A stretch of 63,803 nucleotides of DNA, filler included, from Octopus bimaculoides (lineage: Eukaryota): assembly GCF_001194135.2 (NCBI RefSeq). It is 4 parts of 3 records of this genome, joined end to end, with 100 filler letters (N's around TTAATTAATTAA, not from the genome) between each part and the next. Parts side by side here need not be neighbours in the genome. Positions count along the whole stretch, not along the records: positions 38,429 to 56,056 come from NC_068987.1; 3 more parts are not named here. One strand, written 5' to 3'. The notes below the pieces were generated by a model. That model was not told where the DNA came from. It saw only the letters and a program-made list of their open reading frames with translations, and ran no database searches. Every line of letters begins with the position of its first letter. The stretch's first letter is position 1. Of this stretch, positions 38,329 through 51,313 are shown piece by piece. Position numbers and translations under genes: made by a program.

Positions 38329-38788
38329 NNNNNNNNNNNNNNNNNNNNNNNNNNNNNNNNNNNNNNNNNNNNTTAATTAATTAANNNNNNNNNNNNNNNN
38401 NNNNNNNNNNNNNNNNNNNNNNNNNNNNCACACACGTGTGCTGTGTAAATCCCCCCCGTACTCACTCTCATGCGTGCGTGTATGTACATACATATGTATG
38501 CGCGTAGCCACACATCTCTTAATTCCATAGCCACAGCAGTAACAATGATGATAAATACATTCTCGTCTATACATATCCAGATATACATCCTTATACACAT
38601 TATGTCCCCTCACATATACCCATACTTATTCATACATACACAACCGTGTGGCCNNNNNNNNNNTCCTTATACACATTATCTCCCCTCACATATACCCATA
38701 CTTATTCATACATACACAACCGTGTGGCCAACTATCATTACATCCGTATGTACACAACTACATACCTAAACAAACACACACATACATG

Positions 38789-38838
<50 letters not shown>

Positions 38839-40799
38839 GGAATGAAGGCTTTTATATTCTGCAAATTTGCAAGCATTATGTAATAACCACAAAAGGGAAA
38901 TATATTCTAACAACTTATTCGAGAGATCTAAAGAATGAGGAATTGTGCATGATTTGGGGATTAAACTTAATCCTCTAGATATTATTATGAACGTGAACCA
39001 CGAAACAAAGTCTCTTTAATGACATAGCAATTTTAATATGACATACACACACTCAAACAAACTCACACATATTAAATACAATCGCACTCACACATCTACA
39101 CCTCACGCACTCAAACATGCATATGAATAACATCCGCCCTACCTTCTATAAATGTTTTAAGGCATTGTAATACAATATTCGCTAAATTCAGAGACTTTCT
39201 AATACTGATAAGAAGAAGATGGGGATTGCAAACATAACCAGAAATAGTTTACGAATTAATAGGTATGGGCAAAAGATATAAAAATGGATGATCATAAATA
39301 TGTGAAAAAAAGAAACCACCCAAGGATTTACAGATGTATTGATTGAATAGTAGCTCTAGCAGATACTATGTACACATGACATATATAACATACATTATAT
39401 ATAACATTTCGGAACAAAAGAAATTCATACATAAAAAATTACTCCATATTAACTAGTTGTAACACACACACACACGCACGCACAAATATATATACACACG
39501 CATACACACACATATTCACACACGAACACATGTATCTTCTGTCCTTTTCTTGATCTCACACTAACACTTTCTTAATGTATCTCATACCTCTCAACTAACA
39601 GCATTTTGCACTTATGCCCCTGCACACATTTTTTACAGCCTCCATATTCCTCCTGTCTTCATGTTTGCTTCATAGTCGCACAGCTCCCATCTCCTCTCAT
39701 CTAGCTTTACCGCATGCGAAATGTTCTATCATATCCAGACAACGATACTTCACACACCCGCAAAGCTAAACCTCCACACCCGCACACTGCAGTTCCCATA
39801 CTTACACAATCCCCTCCGAAAACACACGCCACATATCTGTATGATTACGTCCATAAACAGATACATTCCTATACAAGTACATTAGCTTTCGTCCCCTATT
39901 CCCTTTGAACACAACTATCTTTTAGAACCTCATTTCCATCTAGATTCTAATTCCTCGACACATGTTTTCATTACCGATTTTCCTCTTTCTGACAGGTCTA
40001 TGCCTCCTCTTTCCTTTGATGAATAACTAATCTCCGAAACATCAAGAGCTATATCTTTCCTTTTTAAGCCTTCACCTAATGTAATGCTTAATAAAAAATC
40101 TTCCATAATTGTTTTGTCTGTTTACTTTTATATTTTCTTCTTGCCTTCAAAATAATGTAAATCTGGATAGCCAATGATTTAAAAGGTTATTAAAATAAAA
40201 GAAATATTAATAAAAGCAAACGGTCAAATCTAGAGCTGATGTCATGATACTTGTATGCAATCAGCTTTGACCTATGACAAAACAGCATCAATGACTACAT
40301 AAAACCAGGACAGCAACAATTGTCTGGCAGGAGTAACAAGACATCTTTTCCAGCAGAAAACAATAAAAACAAAAGGATAAACAAACATTCACTAAGTATG
40401 TTTTATTTATTAATTCATAATAGAATATAATGGTAAAATGACGTCAATGATTTTAACAGGTAGTCAGCATGCAATACAAATTTATAGGTAATTTATACAT
40501 TAAATTAATAATTATGTATAATTATATGTATATAATTATATACATATAATTATATACATATAATTATGTATAATTATATGCATATAATTATATACATACA
40601 TACATATATGCTAGTGTAGGTTAGGAATAAGGGAGTGTTGAAAGCAGAGAAACAAGGGAAAACAAAGAAGTACAAGGACATGAAACAGAATTGCGCAAGA
40701 AGGGACTAAACAATTAATTCTATGAAGCCACAACAGAATTCGCTGGTGAACATAAGTTGGATTAGCTGAAGAAAGGAACACTGAAAAAGGTGATTGATA

Positions 40800-41030
40800 G
40801 AACTATGCTGACAGTGCAAGACGAACATTTGACCACGAATTGGATGGTGCTACAGTGGACGAAATAGAGTGTTATCGAGTGGAGGAAACCATTGCTGATA
40901 TCGGGAACAAATGCCCTAGACTTGTCCAAAACCACTACGAGTTGTGGCGACACGATGAGGTAGTGAAAGTGCTACATTGGAAACTGTGCAAAAAGTAGGG
41001 GTTAGAGAGAGGCAAGAAGTGGTATAGGCA
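40800..41030 (+). mobile_element. R4/Dong-like RLE non-LTR fragment
   Basis: EETIADIGNKCPRLVQNHYELWRHDEVVKVLHWKLCKK*GLERGKKWYRH resembles the ETIxHIxSGCxxL..Y..RHDxV..LHWxLC motif. Confidence 0.7.
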
Positions 41031-41727
41031 CAAATTACATTGAAACAGAGTATCGCCTGTGCAAAACCTGAGTATCTCCTACAGATTCTGAGTGGAGCAA
41101 AACATATCTGATGTGCATTTTATCTATGTACATATGGTTGTTAGCGTAAAATTGATGATGACAGTGATGGTGATAATGGTGATGATGACGATGATGATGA
41201 TGATGATGATATTACTTTCAAGGTAGCAATAATGTATAAAACGATTCAATTAATTCTTAAATCAATGAAGAACAGATTTATAGCTAAACGCCAGGACCCA
41301 GAGTAATGTCGTGAACGAGCGTTGTAACGAATGATTTTATTAATACAGACTCTGTCGTGAATTGCTTTAATTTATTCTATTGTTATACTTAAAAGATATA
41401 TTCAATTTGTCAGAAAATGAAATAGAACGAAAATCTTATTCTCCATTTTGTCATACTATCAATTTTAGTTTACTGTCAAATTTGTCAAGTATAAATAATG
41501 ACAGTTTATGTTATCGTAATAAAGAAAAGTAAATATATGTATGTATGTATGTATATATGTATGTATGAATACGTAAATATGTATGATAGCATAATATTTG
41601 GTATTTTCTATCTATCTACCTATCTATCACTGTCTGATTATCTATTTGTCTGTCTATTTATCTACCTATCCCTCTCTCCATCCATATATCTATCTATCAA
41701 TCTATCTAACCAAACATNNNNNNNNNN

Positions 41728-41772
<45 letters not shown>

Positions 41773-41942
41773 CACGGCTATGTATGATTGTGTATAGAAG
41801 AATATATTACTCAAAGAAATTCCATCTTTGTGTGATTCTCACGTTCACTTACAATCATATAATAATATAATATAATGAAATGATAGAATACTAAATGTCC
41901 ATTCTGATTGGTCTAATTTCATGCATCAGGTATATATATATG

Positions 41943-41994
<52 letters not shown>

Positions 41995-42143
41995 TGTGTA
42001 TGTGTGTGTGTGTGTATGTGTGTGTATATATATATATGTATATTCAGGTGAATATGGTACTTAAGTTTAGGCACCAGAATTTAGTATGGTATTATCCATA
42101 CAGTTTACAGTTTCAAAATAAAGTGATTAAATTGAAAATAAAC

Positions 42144-42618
42144 AACAAGGATAAAAGTTAATGCAGTACGATCGTTTCATGCGATTCCATTTAATTAAGC
42201 AATGTAAACATTACATCAAATATGAAGTGCAGAGATATCTTCAGCTGCATAAAGATATGAAAATTTAATGAAATTACATTTAAATAAGGTTTGAATCACT
42301 AGGTCTGATAAGAACCAAAAAAGAAAACAAATAAAAGAAAAACAAATAAAATAAGACAGTTAAAAATCTGCTTAGAATTATTTACTAGCCTCTATGGTCT
42401 GGTTAAGTCAAAATGGTTTTTGTATTCCTCCTTTCTACTTGGAGAGTTTGGATTTAATTATAAAATTATGTCCATCTGTTTAAATGTAATTTCATTAAAT
42501 TTCTATATTTTTGTGCAGCTGAAGATTGCTCTACATTTTATATTTGATGCAATATTTACCTAAATTAAACGGAGTCGCATGAAACGATCGTACTACATTA
42601 AATTTGGATATCCTTGTT
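42144..42618. mobile_element. Foldback element or long-TIR MITE (arms about 42144-42284 and 42479-42618)
   Basis: GTACGATCGTTTCATGCGA..CATCAAATAT..ATCTTCAGCTGCA..AATTTAATGAAATTACATTTAAA on the left is the reverse complement of the right arm. Confidence 0.8.
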
Positions 42619-43864
42619 ACTTATATATATATATATATCAAGAATAAGGGGAGAATGGAGAGGTATTTAACAAAATTATTTATTAATTATAATAATGACA
42701 ACATCTCTGATAGCTGTTTCAATTCAGAAATCTTTAGATAATTAATTTATAAAATAAAATCATTATAAGCTGAATTTCTTCAGTTGTAAAGATATACCGA
42801 TTAGAAATACATGTTGAAATAACCGCTATAAAACCATTAACTCGTAGCGTATATACAAAAAGAGGCGGTTATAGAAAGCCTCAATCTACCATAGGGGAAG
42901 AAGGTAATATATTATACGTCTTAAATAAAGAAAAGAAGATTAATATAATATCTTAGGGTATTGAAGAGAAAAAGAAAAAGGAAAAAAGAAGCAGAAAAAC
43001 GCACTTATATATAAATATATTATACTAATGGCACAATCCAACACAGGGGGAGAAGGTAGTGTATATTTTATGTCTTAAATAAAGAAAGGGAGTGATTAAT
43101 ATCACATCAAAGGGTATTGGAAAGGAGAAGAAAAAAGGAAAAACGCCATATAATATCAAGCTTATCTGTAATACTGCAATACAAAAATTTAAAGTTATAC
43201 AATTTAAGTCATATGGAAACAAACAGTGGCAACATATGTATTAACCGATGTTATCAGAAAGGGATAAATAATTTCAAAATATAATAATAATGATAATAGC
43301 TTATTGATTATGTATATAATCATAATACAATAAAATTTGATTTAAATAAATGAATAAATAGAAAGTCTAGAAGAATATATAAAGAAAAAATATCAAAACT
43401 ACAAACTATATCCATTCATCCCTTAAGAAAATTTATTCCAAGCCTTTAAGGTAAAAAAAAAAAAACATTAATGGTAAACTATTAGATACAAAAGAATTTT
43501 TTTTTAATTTAAAATTTCAGACATACAGCGTTCCATTAAATAAACCGGAAGTAAATATGCCATTAAGCATGCTTAAGGGGATCTGAGTAATATTCAGACA
43601 ACAAACATTATGTAAGAGGAAATATTTATATAAAAATACGTAAATATAAATGCATAAATACTGGTTTATATATATAACTTATTTCTAAGCACCTTTGTAG
43701 ATATAGAAGTACACATGCATATATTTATAAGTATATTTGCTGTCATTCATATATTATTTATTATATGACAGGATTATGAAACAGCTTTAAACGAATAGAT
43801 CTAACTATTTACACACACAAACACACAAACATGCATACATATATATCTCTTTAAATATTCTTTT

Positions 43865-44070
43865 CTACACTAGGCACAATGCCCGACATTCTTGGGGAAT
43901 GGGCCAGTCGATTAGATGATCCCAGTACACAACTGGTACTTAATTTATCAACTCTGAAAGGATGAAAGGCAAAGTCAATCTCGGCGTAATTTGAACTCAA
44001 AACGTAAAGACTGACGAAATACCGCTAAGCATTTTGCCCGGCGTGCTAAAGTTTCTGCCAGCTCGCCGCT
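43865..44070 (-). mobile_element. SINE family C
   Basis: CCCAGTACACAACTGGTACTTAATTTATC..GAAAGGATGAAAGGCAAAGTC..TTTGAACTCAAAACGTAAAGACTGACGAAATACCGCTAAGCATTTTGCCCGGCGTGCTAA..TTCTGCCAGCTCGCCGC. Confidence 0.88.
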
Positions 44071-45047
44071 TTCAGCTATCCATTTAATACAAACTGTCGA
44101 AACAATGTACTCATTGACACGGTAGAGATTAATAATATGTTATTTATTATGCATATCTGTATGTATATGTGTTTGTATGGGTAGGTGTATATGTTTGTAT
44201 CTCTGAAATCTTTGGGTTGTGCACTGTGATGCATCTAAGCGAGAGAAAAGCGGATTTTTGAAGTAGTTTTTCAAGGTCAGTCACTGGTTTCTGCTTTTCG
44301 TAACTATATTGATATGCATTTTGTAATATATGCATGAAGTTCAACTTGAAACACATTCCGTATTGCTTGGTTTCAAAAAGTCTGAACGAAGTGATATTTA
44401 GGGAGCAAGTAATTGCATTCAAAATTTGATTTAGTAAAGCAATTCTTTTGAAAATATATTAAAATTATGAGACACGAAACTCTCCTGGATTGAGAGGCTA
44501 CGCAATTCTGTAGGCCACGAATAGCAACGAACGAACTGCGACGAAAGAACTTTGATAATTGCCCGATGGTTTAACCAACAGATAAATCAAACAATCGATT
44601 AATAATTTGGTTAAATAGCTAACCAGTTGACGTGGAATGGAACCAGTGTATGTTTATATTACTGGCTTAAGGATCCCCCAGAGATACAAACTTATTTATG
44701 TTAGCTGTTGTGAAACCCGATAAAGATCGGGCACTGCTGCTGTTTACCGAGATATATCAGATATCAGTGGATGTTACGTACTTTAAGATTTTCGAATTGG
44801 GATCGTAAATATGCGCAAATTAGTCTTCCATTATGTTTATAGGTTCGTGATTGCAATACGTCGCTAATTGGATTCATTACATTACATTATAGCACTTTTG
44901 TGAATTCCTATCCGTTTACAGTTCTGACAATAATTAAGCGTCAAATCTGCTTTTCATCCATTTGGGGGTTGATAAAACATAATATTGGTCAGGTACTCTT
45001 CAAAATTGCCTGCCACGTGAGTAAATTAAATTAGTAATTATTTTATA

Positions 45048-45310
45048 GGGTGGCAAGCTGTTGGAAAAATGCCGTGTGATACGTTTGCATCTCCTTACAT
45101 TCTGAGTTCAAATGCTACCAAAATCAGATTTGCCTTTGCTCTTTTTGGGATCGATAATATTGACTTATCCCCTCCCCCTCAAAATTGCTGGCCTTCATTA
45201 TACAGAATAATGAATTAGCAGAATCACTAAAATGTCAGAAACGATGCACTTTTGCATTAATTTCAAGACATTTGGATTCAAATCTTCTGGGATTAATCAC
45301 AGAAGTTCTC
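45048..45310 (+). mobile_element. Two degenerate SINE family C copies
   Basis: GGGTGGCAAGCTG..TTCTGAGTTCAAATGCTACC..TTTGCCTTT..GGGATCGATAA, followed by a second head GAATTAGCAGAATCAC..GGATTCAAAT. Confidence 0.65.
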
Positions 45311-45879
45311 TTCTGCCAGAATTTAATGCACAATCCCTAAATTCTCCAATGCGCTTCAAATGATTTTTTAAATTACTAGCTGACCACGTGCCTTCAATGA
45401 TGATGGATAATTGTTTTATTTTAAATATAAATAAGGTGCACAATATGGTACGCAAAAATCACACATACAAACATTCACACACTTCCTTTGTACACGAACG
45501 CACATACACACATAGACTCACACGGAGTCAAAACGCTGATTTTTCACCCTTTCCTTCCTTATTCGTCTATCACCCCTTCCTTTCTCACATTGCTATTATT
45601 TTCTCTCACACCCTCTCAGTCAGGGCTATTATACTCACTACTTCCTCTTCACTGAATAGCTATTTTCTCTCCTCCTCCGCGTCCGACCTGATTCTGGACA
45701 AATATATATATGTAACTGCCCGAAACGGTCGCGACTTCTGGGACTTGACTGAGGAAGGAAGGCCACGAATAAATCGTCTTTTTTTTTTTTGCCTGGCCTT
45801 CTAATTGTTGTTTCTCCTGTCCGCCTATGTATCGTCTCTCTATCCGAATGTTTTATTGTCCTCTATTGCGTTTTGTTCC

Positions 45880-45910
<31 letters not shown>

Positions 45911-46778
45911 AATATATAAAAACATAAAATCACTACGCTCACTATTATATTAGGAGATAGTCTCTCCTATATTTTTGAAGGGTGAAGCTGATAGTTTGAC
46001 ACAAGTACATACAGTAGCTTATTATTTTGACGTTACTTGGATTACTGTTGAGTAAGCTTCTGTAGAAATTCATTGCAGGTGTTAAAGAACTATGTTAAGG
46101 ATGTATTGACCCCTCGAGATATGCGGTAGATTCATATACTTCTAGAAATCGAAATCTCTATGAAGGTTACATTACCTGAAATCGTGTCATTATATTGATA
46201 GTTAAAATCCGCCGAGGTCGACTTTGCCTCTAATCCTTTCGGGGTCGATAAATTAAGTACCAATAGAGTAAAGGAGTCCATCTAATCGACTGGCTCCCTC
46301 CTCCAAAAAGAGAAGATTGTACTGATATAGTAAGTAATCTTGTGAGGGCTCGCAGGGTCAATTTCACCGTTTCCTTGGTGATTAGGGAAATGAGATCAGT
46401 CGGAGCGTTTCTAATTTACATTTGAGTTGAACGGAACAATTGGAAAGCAAGTGTTTGTTGAAGTATAATAAGCATCACTTTGTCCGGGAAACGAAACCAC
46501 GACTTTGCAGTCGTGAATGCAACACCCCTATGCATGTTTACACTTATTGTTTATTTATACTCTATTTCAAAACTACTGGCACAGATATTTTGATACTTAT
46601 GAGTTTTATATTCAGTTCTGACGATAAATACGACGGCACCAAAAAAGCGAGACAACACAAAATTTGTTTTATCATTAATCAAGAATTACATTTTTTCTTC
46701 TTTGCCATTTTTCATCAATTAATCTGTCATAATGAGTTCTAAGTTGAACTGATGTAGAGCATTTTATTAACTCTCGAA

Positions 46779-47024
46779 CAATGATTCTCAACCATTTTTT
46801 TATTATCATTTATAGACCTATTCGTTTGCTCTTCAACTCCCAGTTCCATGTTTATAATATTATATATTTTTATATTAAATATCATTAAGAATTGTATAAA
46901 ATGACGTTGAAATATTTTGTGTATGGCAGAAGTATAACTAATTTATTGCACGTAAGTTTTAACAAAATATTATATCAACGCCACCTAACCCAGGGGCTAT
47001 ATTGACCCCGGTTGAAAACCCCTA
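46779..47024. mobile_element. hAT/Charlie-type MITE
   Basis: Imperfect termini CAATGATTCTCAACC and GGTTGAAAACCCCT resemble the CAGTGGTTCTCAACC terminal motif. Confidence 0.55.
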
Positions 47025-47403
47025 TTATAGAATACAGATGATATGTCGTTCATAAACCAATGAGCGTCGCAGTTAAATTTAAGTTCCTATAATATTGATA
47101 CGAAACTAATAATTCATAGATATTAAGTCATTTGTGTAGCAGTTTTACCACCATCCCAGCGCCTTTAGTTCGTTTTTTATTGATATTATTCTATACATTA
47201 GTATGAAGACACCGAAAAAAATTTACATTGAAAGAAAATTCAATTGACATTTCTTTTTAGAGAATTCACATAAATAATAACATCAATAAATAAAGATAAA
47301 ATAATGAAATACATTGTGAAAAATGGCCATTTGTGACTGTTACTAAAATTAAATATATGTATTTATGTATAAGATATACGTATATATATATATATATCTT
47401 CCT

Positions 47404-47485
<82 letters not shown>

Positions 47486-48239
47486 GTCTATCTGTCTGTG
47501 TATTTATTAACCTATCTATCTCTGTATCACACGCACACACACGCACACACACACACATATGAAATGAATGGAAATAGTTTCAACAGTTGTGATTAGGAAA
47601 CATTGTGATTGCACTTGTAATTTATTGCCTTATTTCTATCTATCAAATTATATATTCATCTTAATCTAAGCGGAATTTGTGTGACAAGATTACTAAAATA
47701 CTGTTTATACTAATTATTTTACGCTAAACATTATCCAAAAATACATTTACGATTTCATTCTGTGAATCTAATGCATTCGTTATATAACTTTACTGCAGTA
47801 ATATGTCGTACGAAGATATCCATCAGATAACGAACGTGTCTTTTTATATCATAGAAACGCAGAAATATTTTACATTAGACCTAACAGAAAAAATGACGGA
47901 CCACAATGAGAAGAAAAAGAGAGAAGAAGAAGAAGAGGATCTAACTGAATGAAGGAAAGAAAAGTACAAGAGATATATCACGATTCATATGATTAACATT
48001 TATGTAAAATACTTTGACCTTTACAAATACGTTTTATCTAGCATATTTTGTGAGCCCTCAAGGCCAGAAGGATGCCGATAGCATGGAAATGAATGGAAGA
48101 TATGCACGCATATATATGTGTGTGTGTGTGAGAGATAGGTTAAAGATTGAGAAAGTGGTGTAGACGCAGAAAACTGGAGATGTGTTCGACTTTGTATTTC
48201 AGGGTGGATATTTTTCAGGCAAATCTTGAAATAACATAG

Positions 48240-48560
48240 TCTTGTTCTTGTTCTTGTTCTTCTTCCTCTTCCTCTTCTTCTTCTTCTTCTTCTTCTTCTT
48301 CTCCTCCTCCTCCTCCTTCTCCTCCTTCGTCTTCTCCTTCTTCTCGTTCTTCTCCTTCTCCTCCTTCTTCTTCTTCTTCTCCTTCTCCTTCTTCTTCTTC
48401 TTCTTCTTCTTCTCGTTCTTCTCCTTCTCCTTCTTCTTCTTCCTCTACTCGTTCTTCTCCTTCTCCTTCTTCTTCTTCTTCTTCTTCTTCTTCCTCTACT
48501 GCTGCTGCTGCTGCTCTTGCTGCTACTGCTGCTGCTGCTGCTGATGATGATGATGAAGAA
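48240..48560. repeat. Compound polypyrimidine (CTT/CTC)n tract followed by (CTG)n(GAT)n
   Basis: Directly visible; the unit TTCTCGTTCTTCTCCTTCTCC recurs. Confidence 0.95.
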
Positions 48561-48654
48561 GATGATAATAGAGGCAAGATAACGTGGCTAAGTTCGGCCA
48601 CTGGAGATTAGGCGAGAAGAACGGCCGGAACAGAGCACCGGATGGTGCTCGAAA

Positions 48655-49007
48655 AATAAGTGCATGTGAGAGCCTAGCACAAAAAGAATACAAGCGCCGG
48701 CACGATAAAGTGTGTGTGTGTATCTTCATTGGTTCTTATGCCGTAAATACCAATATGAAGTAACAGAGAATTGGCATGAGCAGTATGTACCAAGTAAAGT
48801 TATGCAGGAGGAAAGAAAAGTAACGATACTCTGGAACTATGCTTTTCAGAGGGTCCGTGTAATCGAACACCATCTGCCGAATATTGTCATATTGAATAAG
48901 AGAGACAAATACAGTCAGATCATTGATGTGGCCATACCAAATGACACGAATGTTGTGAGTAAAGAGGTCGACAAAATAACCAAGTACTCTGAATTGAAAG
49001 TTGATAG
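48655..49007 (+). mobile_element. R4/Dong-like RLE non-LTR fragment
   Basis: SACESLAQKEYKRRHDKVCVYLHWFLCRKY..VTILWNY..IEHHLPNIVILNKRDKYSQIIDVAIPNDTNVVSKEVDKITKYSEL: RLE domain with PD read as PN and intact D..P..K..KY. Confidence 0.85.
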
Positions 49008-49069
49008 ATGACTAAAGAGTCCGCTGCATTTTTACCTACATTGTTTTACGAAGGAATAATATCAATAAT

Positions 49070-49390
49070 AATCCTTTCTACTATTGGCACCGGCCTAAAC
49101 TGCTACTTAATTTATCGACCGCGAAAGGGTGAAAGGCAAAGTCGACTTCGGCGGAATTTGAATTCAGAACGTAGCGAATGGCGAAGTACCACTAAGCATT
49201 TCCTGCCAGCTCATCGCCTTCTTCAATAATAGTAATAATCGGAATTCAAAGGCAAAATCGTTAGCACACCGGGTGACATGTTTAGCAGTATTTCGTCTGC
49301 CGCTACTTTCAGGGTCGATTAAATAAATACCAGTTACGCGCTGGGGTCAATGTAATCGACTTAATCCCCTCCTCCAACCTGCGGCAAAAA
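49070..49390. mobile_element. Two SINE family C copies head-to-head (minus about 49070-49220, plus about 49255-49390)
   Basis: Family C motifs in opposite orientations about 35 bp apart. Confidence 0.75.
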
Positions 49391-49399
49391 TTTGAAATC

Positions 49400-49433
<34 letters not shown>

Positions 49434-49814
49434 GCAGCAGCAGCAGTAGTAGTAGTATTAGTAGTAGATGATGATGCTATTTGAATGAATGCCTGAAAAA
49501 TATCTGCCCTGGAATACAAATGCGTATACACATCTGCGTGTCTCTACATCTCCATCACATTTTATCTATCTAAACCTATCTCTCTCTACACACTCACACA
49601 CACACATACACTTACATAATATACGTTTATATATATATANNNNNNNNNNNNNNNNNNNNNNNNNNNNNNNNNNNNNNNNNNNNNNNNNNNNNNNNNNNNN
49701 NNNNNNNNNNNNNNNNNNNNNNNNNNNNNNNNNNNNNNNNNNNNNNNNNNNNNNNNNNNNNNNNNNNNNNNNNNNNNNNNNNNNNNNNNNNNNNNNNNNN
49801 NNNNNNNNNNNTCA

Positions 49815-51313
49815 GGGAATTTTACGATATTGATACACTTCTAATATTTGTTATATGGAAACTACTACAAAATGTCGTTGGATCTTTTCTGTTTAATTCA
49901 ATAAAGCGAAGTTTGTTTCAAAAGCGTATTAAACTTGCAATTTGGAGAGGATATACGTTTTATCTCACAAACTTGTTGTACCCTACGGTAGATATATATA
50001 ACATGTTTTTAAGTAAATACCGGAGAATAAGTGATGAGAGAATGTGTAACTTTTGTCATCTCAAAACTGAATTGAATCATAGAAGATTTATTTGCAATAA
50101 TTACCAAATTCTCTCCCTCGTTCTTGTTCTATTTCATTCTTGTTTTTGTTTTCTTTGTTTCTTCCTTTCTTTCCTTCATTCTTTCTATTTATCTTTCGTC
50201 ATTTTCTCTGTCTCCATTCCTCTCTTACTTTATTTCTCACTCAGTATTTGTCTTTTTGCATGAATATCAATTTGTCGTTCGTTTTTTTTTTCTTCTTTTC
50301 TGTTTCACTTCTCTCAATAACTTTAAGTGTCAATATAGAAACCTTTAGCATTTGAATCTAAATATGCCTTAATATAGTGAAGCACGCATTAGCTACGTTT
50401 ATGAAGAGTTGCCCAAACGAATATGATGATTTGTTATTTTTTAGTGTGAATATATAAAACAAATGGTCCCTCATATGATTGAGAAATGCAGGGCTTGCGG
50501 TTCGTCTCCCGGCAGCTTCAGTCCTTGTTGCATTCGCAGCAATATTATTGGTATTCCTTTTATTTGTATAACCAGCATCCAGCTAATTCCAAGATGACAG
50601 AAATTTGATTGCTTCTCGATTTCCTTCAGGCAACACTATAGTCAGAAATAATTAAAATACATTTCATTGTATACAAGTCTCCATTCTTGTTCTTCATATG
50701 TACATCTGCAATTTTCTCTTTAATATTTCTAGTCGAATTGTAAAGCATGTTTCATTTAGTTGTAACAAATTTGCTTTCATGTCCCGAGTTTTGTTACTCG
50801 CTCATAACCCTCCTTTCTCGTCTCAGTATTCCTATTACAGTAATCCTTCGCCTTATCGCGGGTCACTTATCGCGCACTCGGTATATGTAAATTTATATCG
50901 CGCATTTCTCAGTATATCGCGTGTTTCTGCAGCCGATATGTGTTTATATTTTTGTAATTTAATTTTTTTTTTCTGTGGGAGGCTTTGGAACGTAGCACCC
51001 GCGATAGTCGAGAAGACGCCAAGAAAAATATCTCGCAGGATCATTTCTTCCATGATTGAATTCAGTTTTGAGATGACAAAAGTTACACAGTCTCTCATCA
51101 CTTACTCTTGCTTCGGTATTTACTTAAAACATATGTATCTACCGTAGGGTACAACAAGTTTGTGAGATAAAACGTATATCCTCTCCAAATTGCAAGTTTA
51201 TTGTGCTTTTGAAACAAACTTCGCTTTATTGAATTAAACAGAAGATATCCAACGACAGTTTGTAGTAGTTTCCATGTAACAAATAGAAGTGTATCAATGT
51301 CGTATAATTACCC
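49815..51313. repeat. ~270-bp inverted repeat pair (49815-50086 and 51046-51313)
   Basis: For example AAACTTGCAATTTGGAGAGGATATACGTTTTATCTCACAAACTTGTTGTACCCTACGGTAGATA is matched by its reverse complement at about 51135-51200. Confidence 0.9.
50838..51019. mobile_element. Tigger/pogo-like MITE
   Basis: TA|CAGTAATCCTTCGCCTTATCGCGGGT at the left and ACCCGCGATAGTCGAGAAG at the right form imperfect TIRs; CpG-rich interior. Confidence 0.6.

Noticed and set aside
38588-38729. 66-bp direct repeat around 10 Ns with one mismatch
   Set aside because: Same artefact; the mismatch probably reflects two haplotypes.
44147-44422. 91-aa minus-strand ORF
   Set aside because: No recognisable motif or splice context; it ends in a microsatellite.
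48215-48601. Poly-Glu/Gly ORF on the minus strand
   Set aside because: Translation of the (CTT/CTC)n tract.
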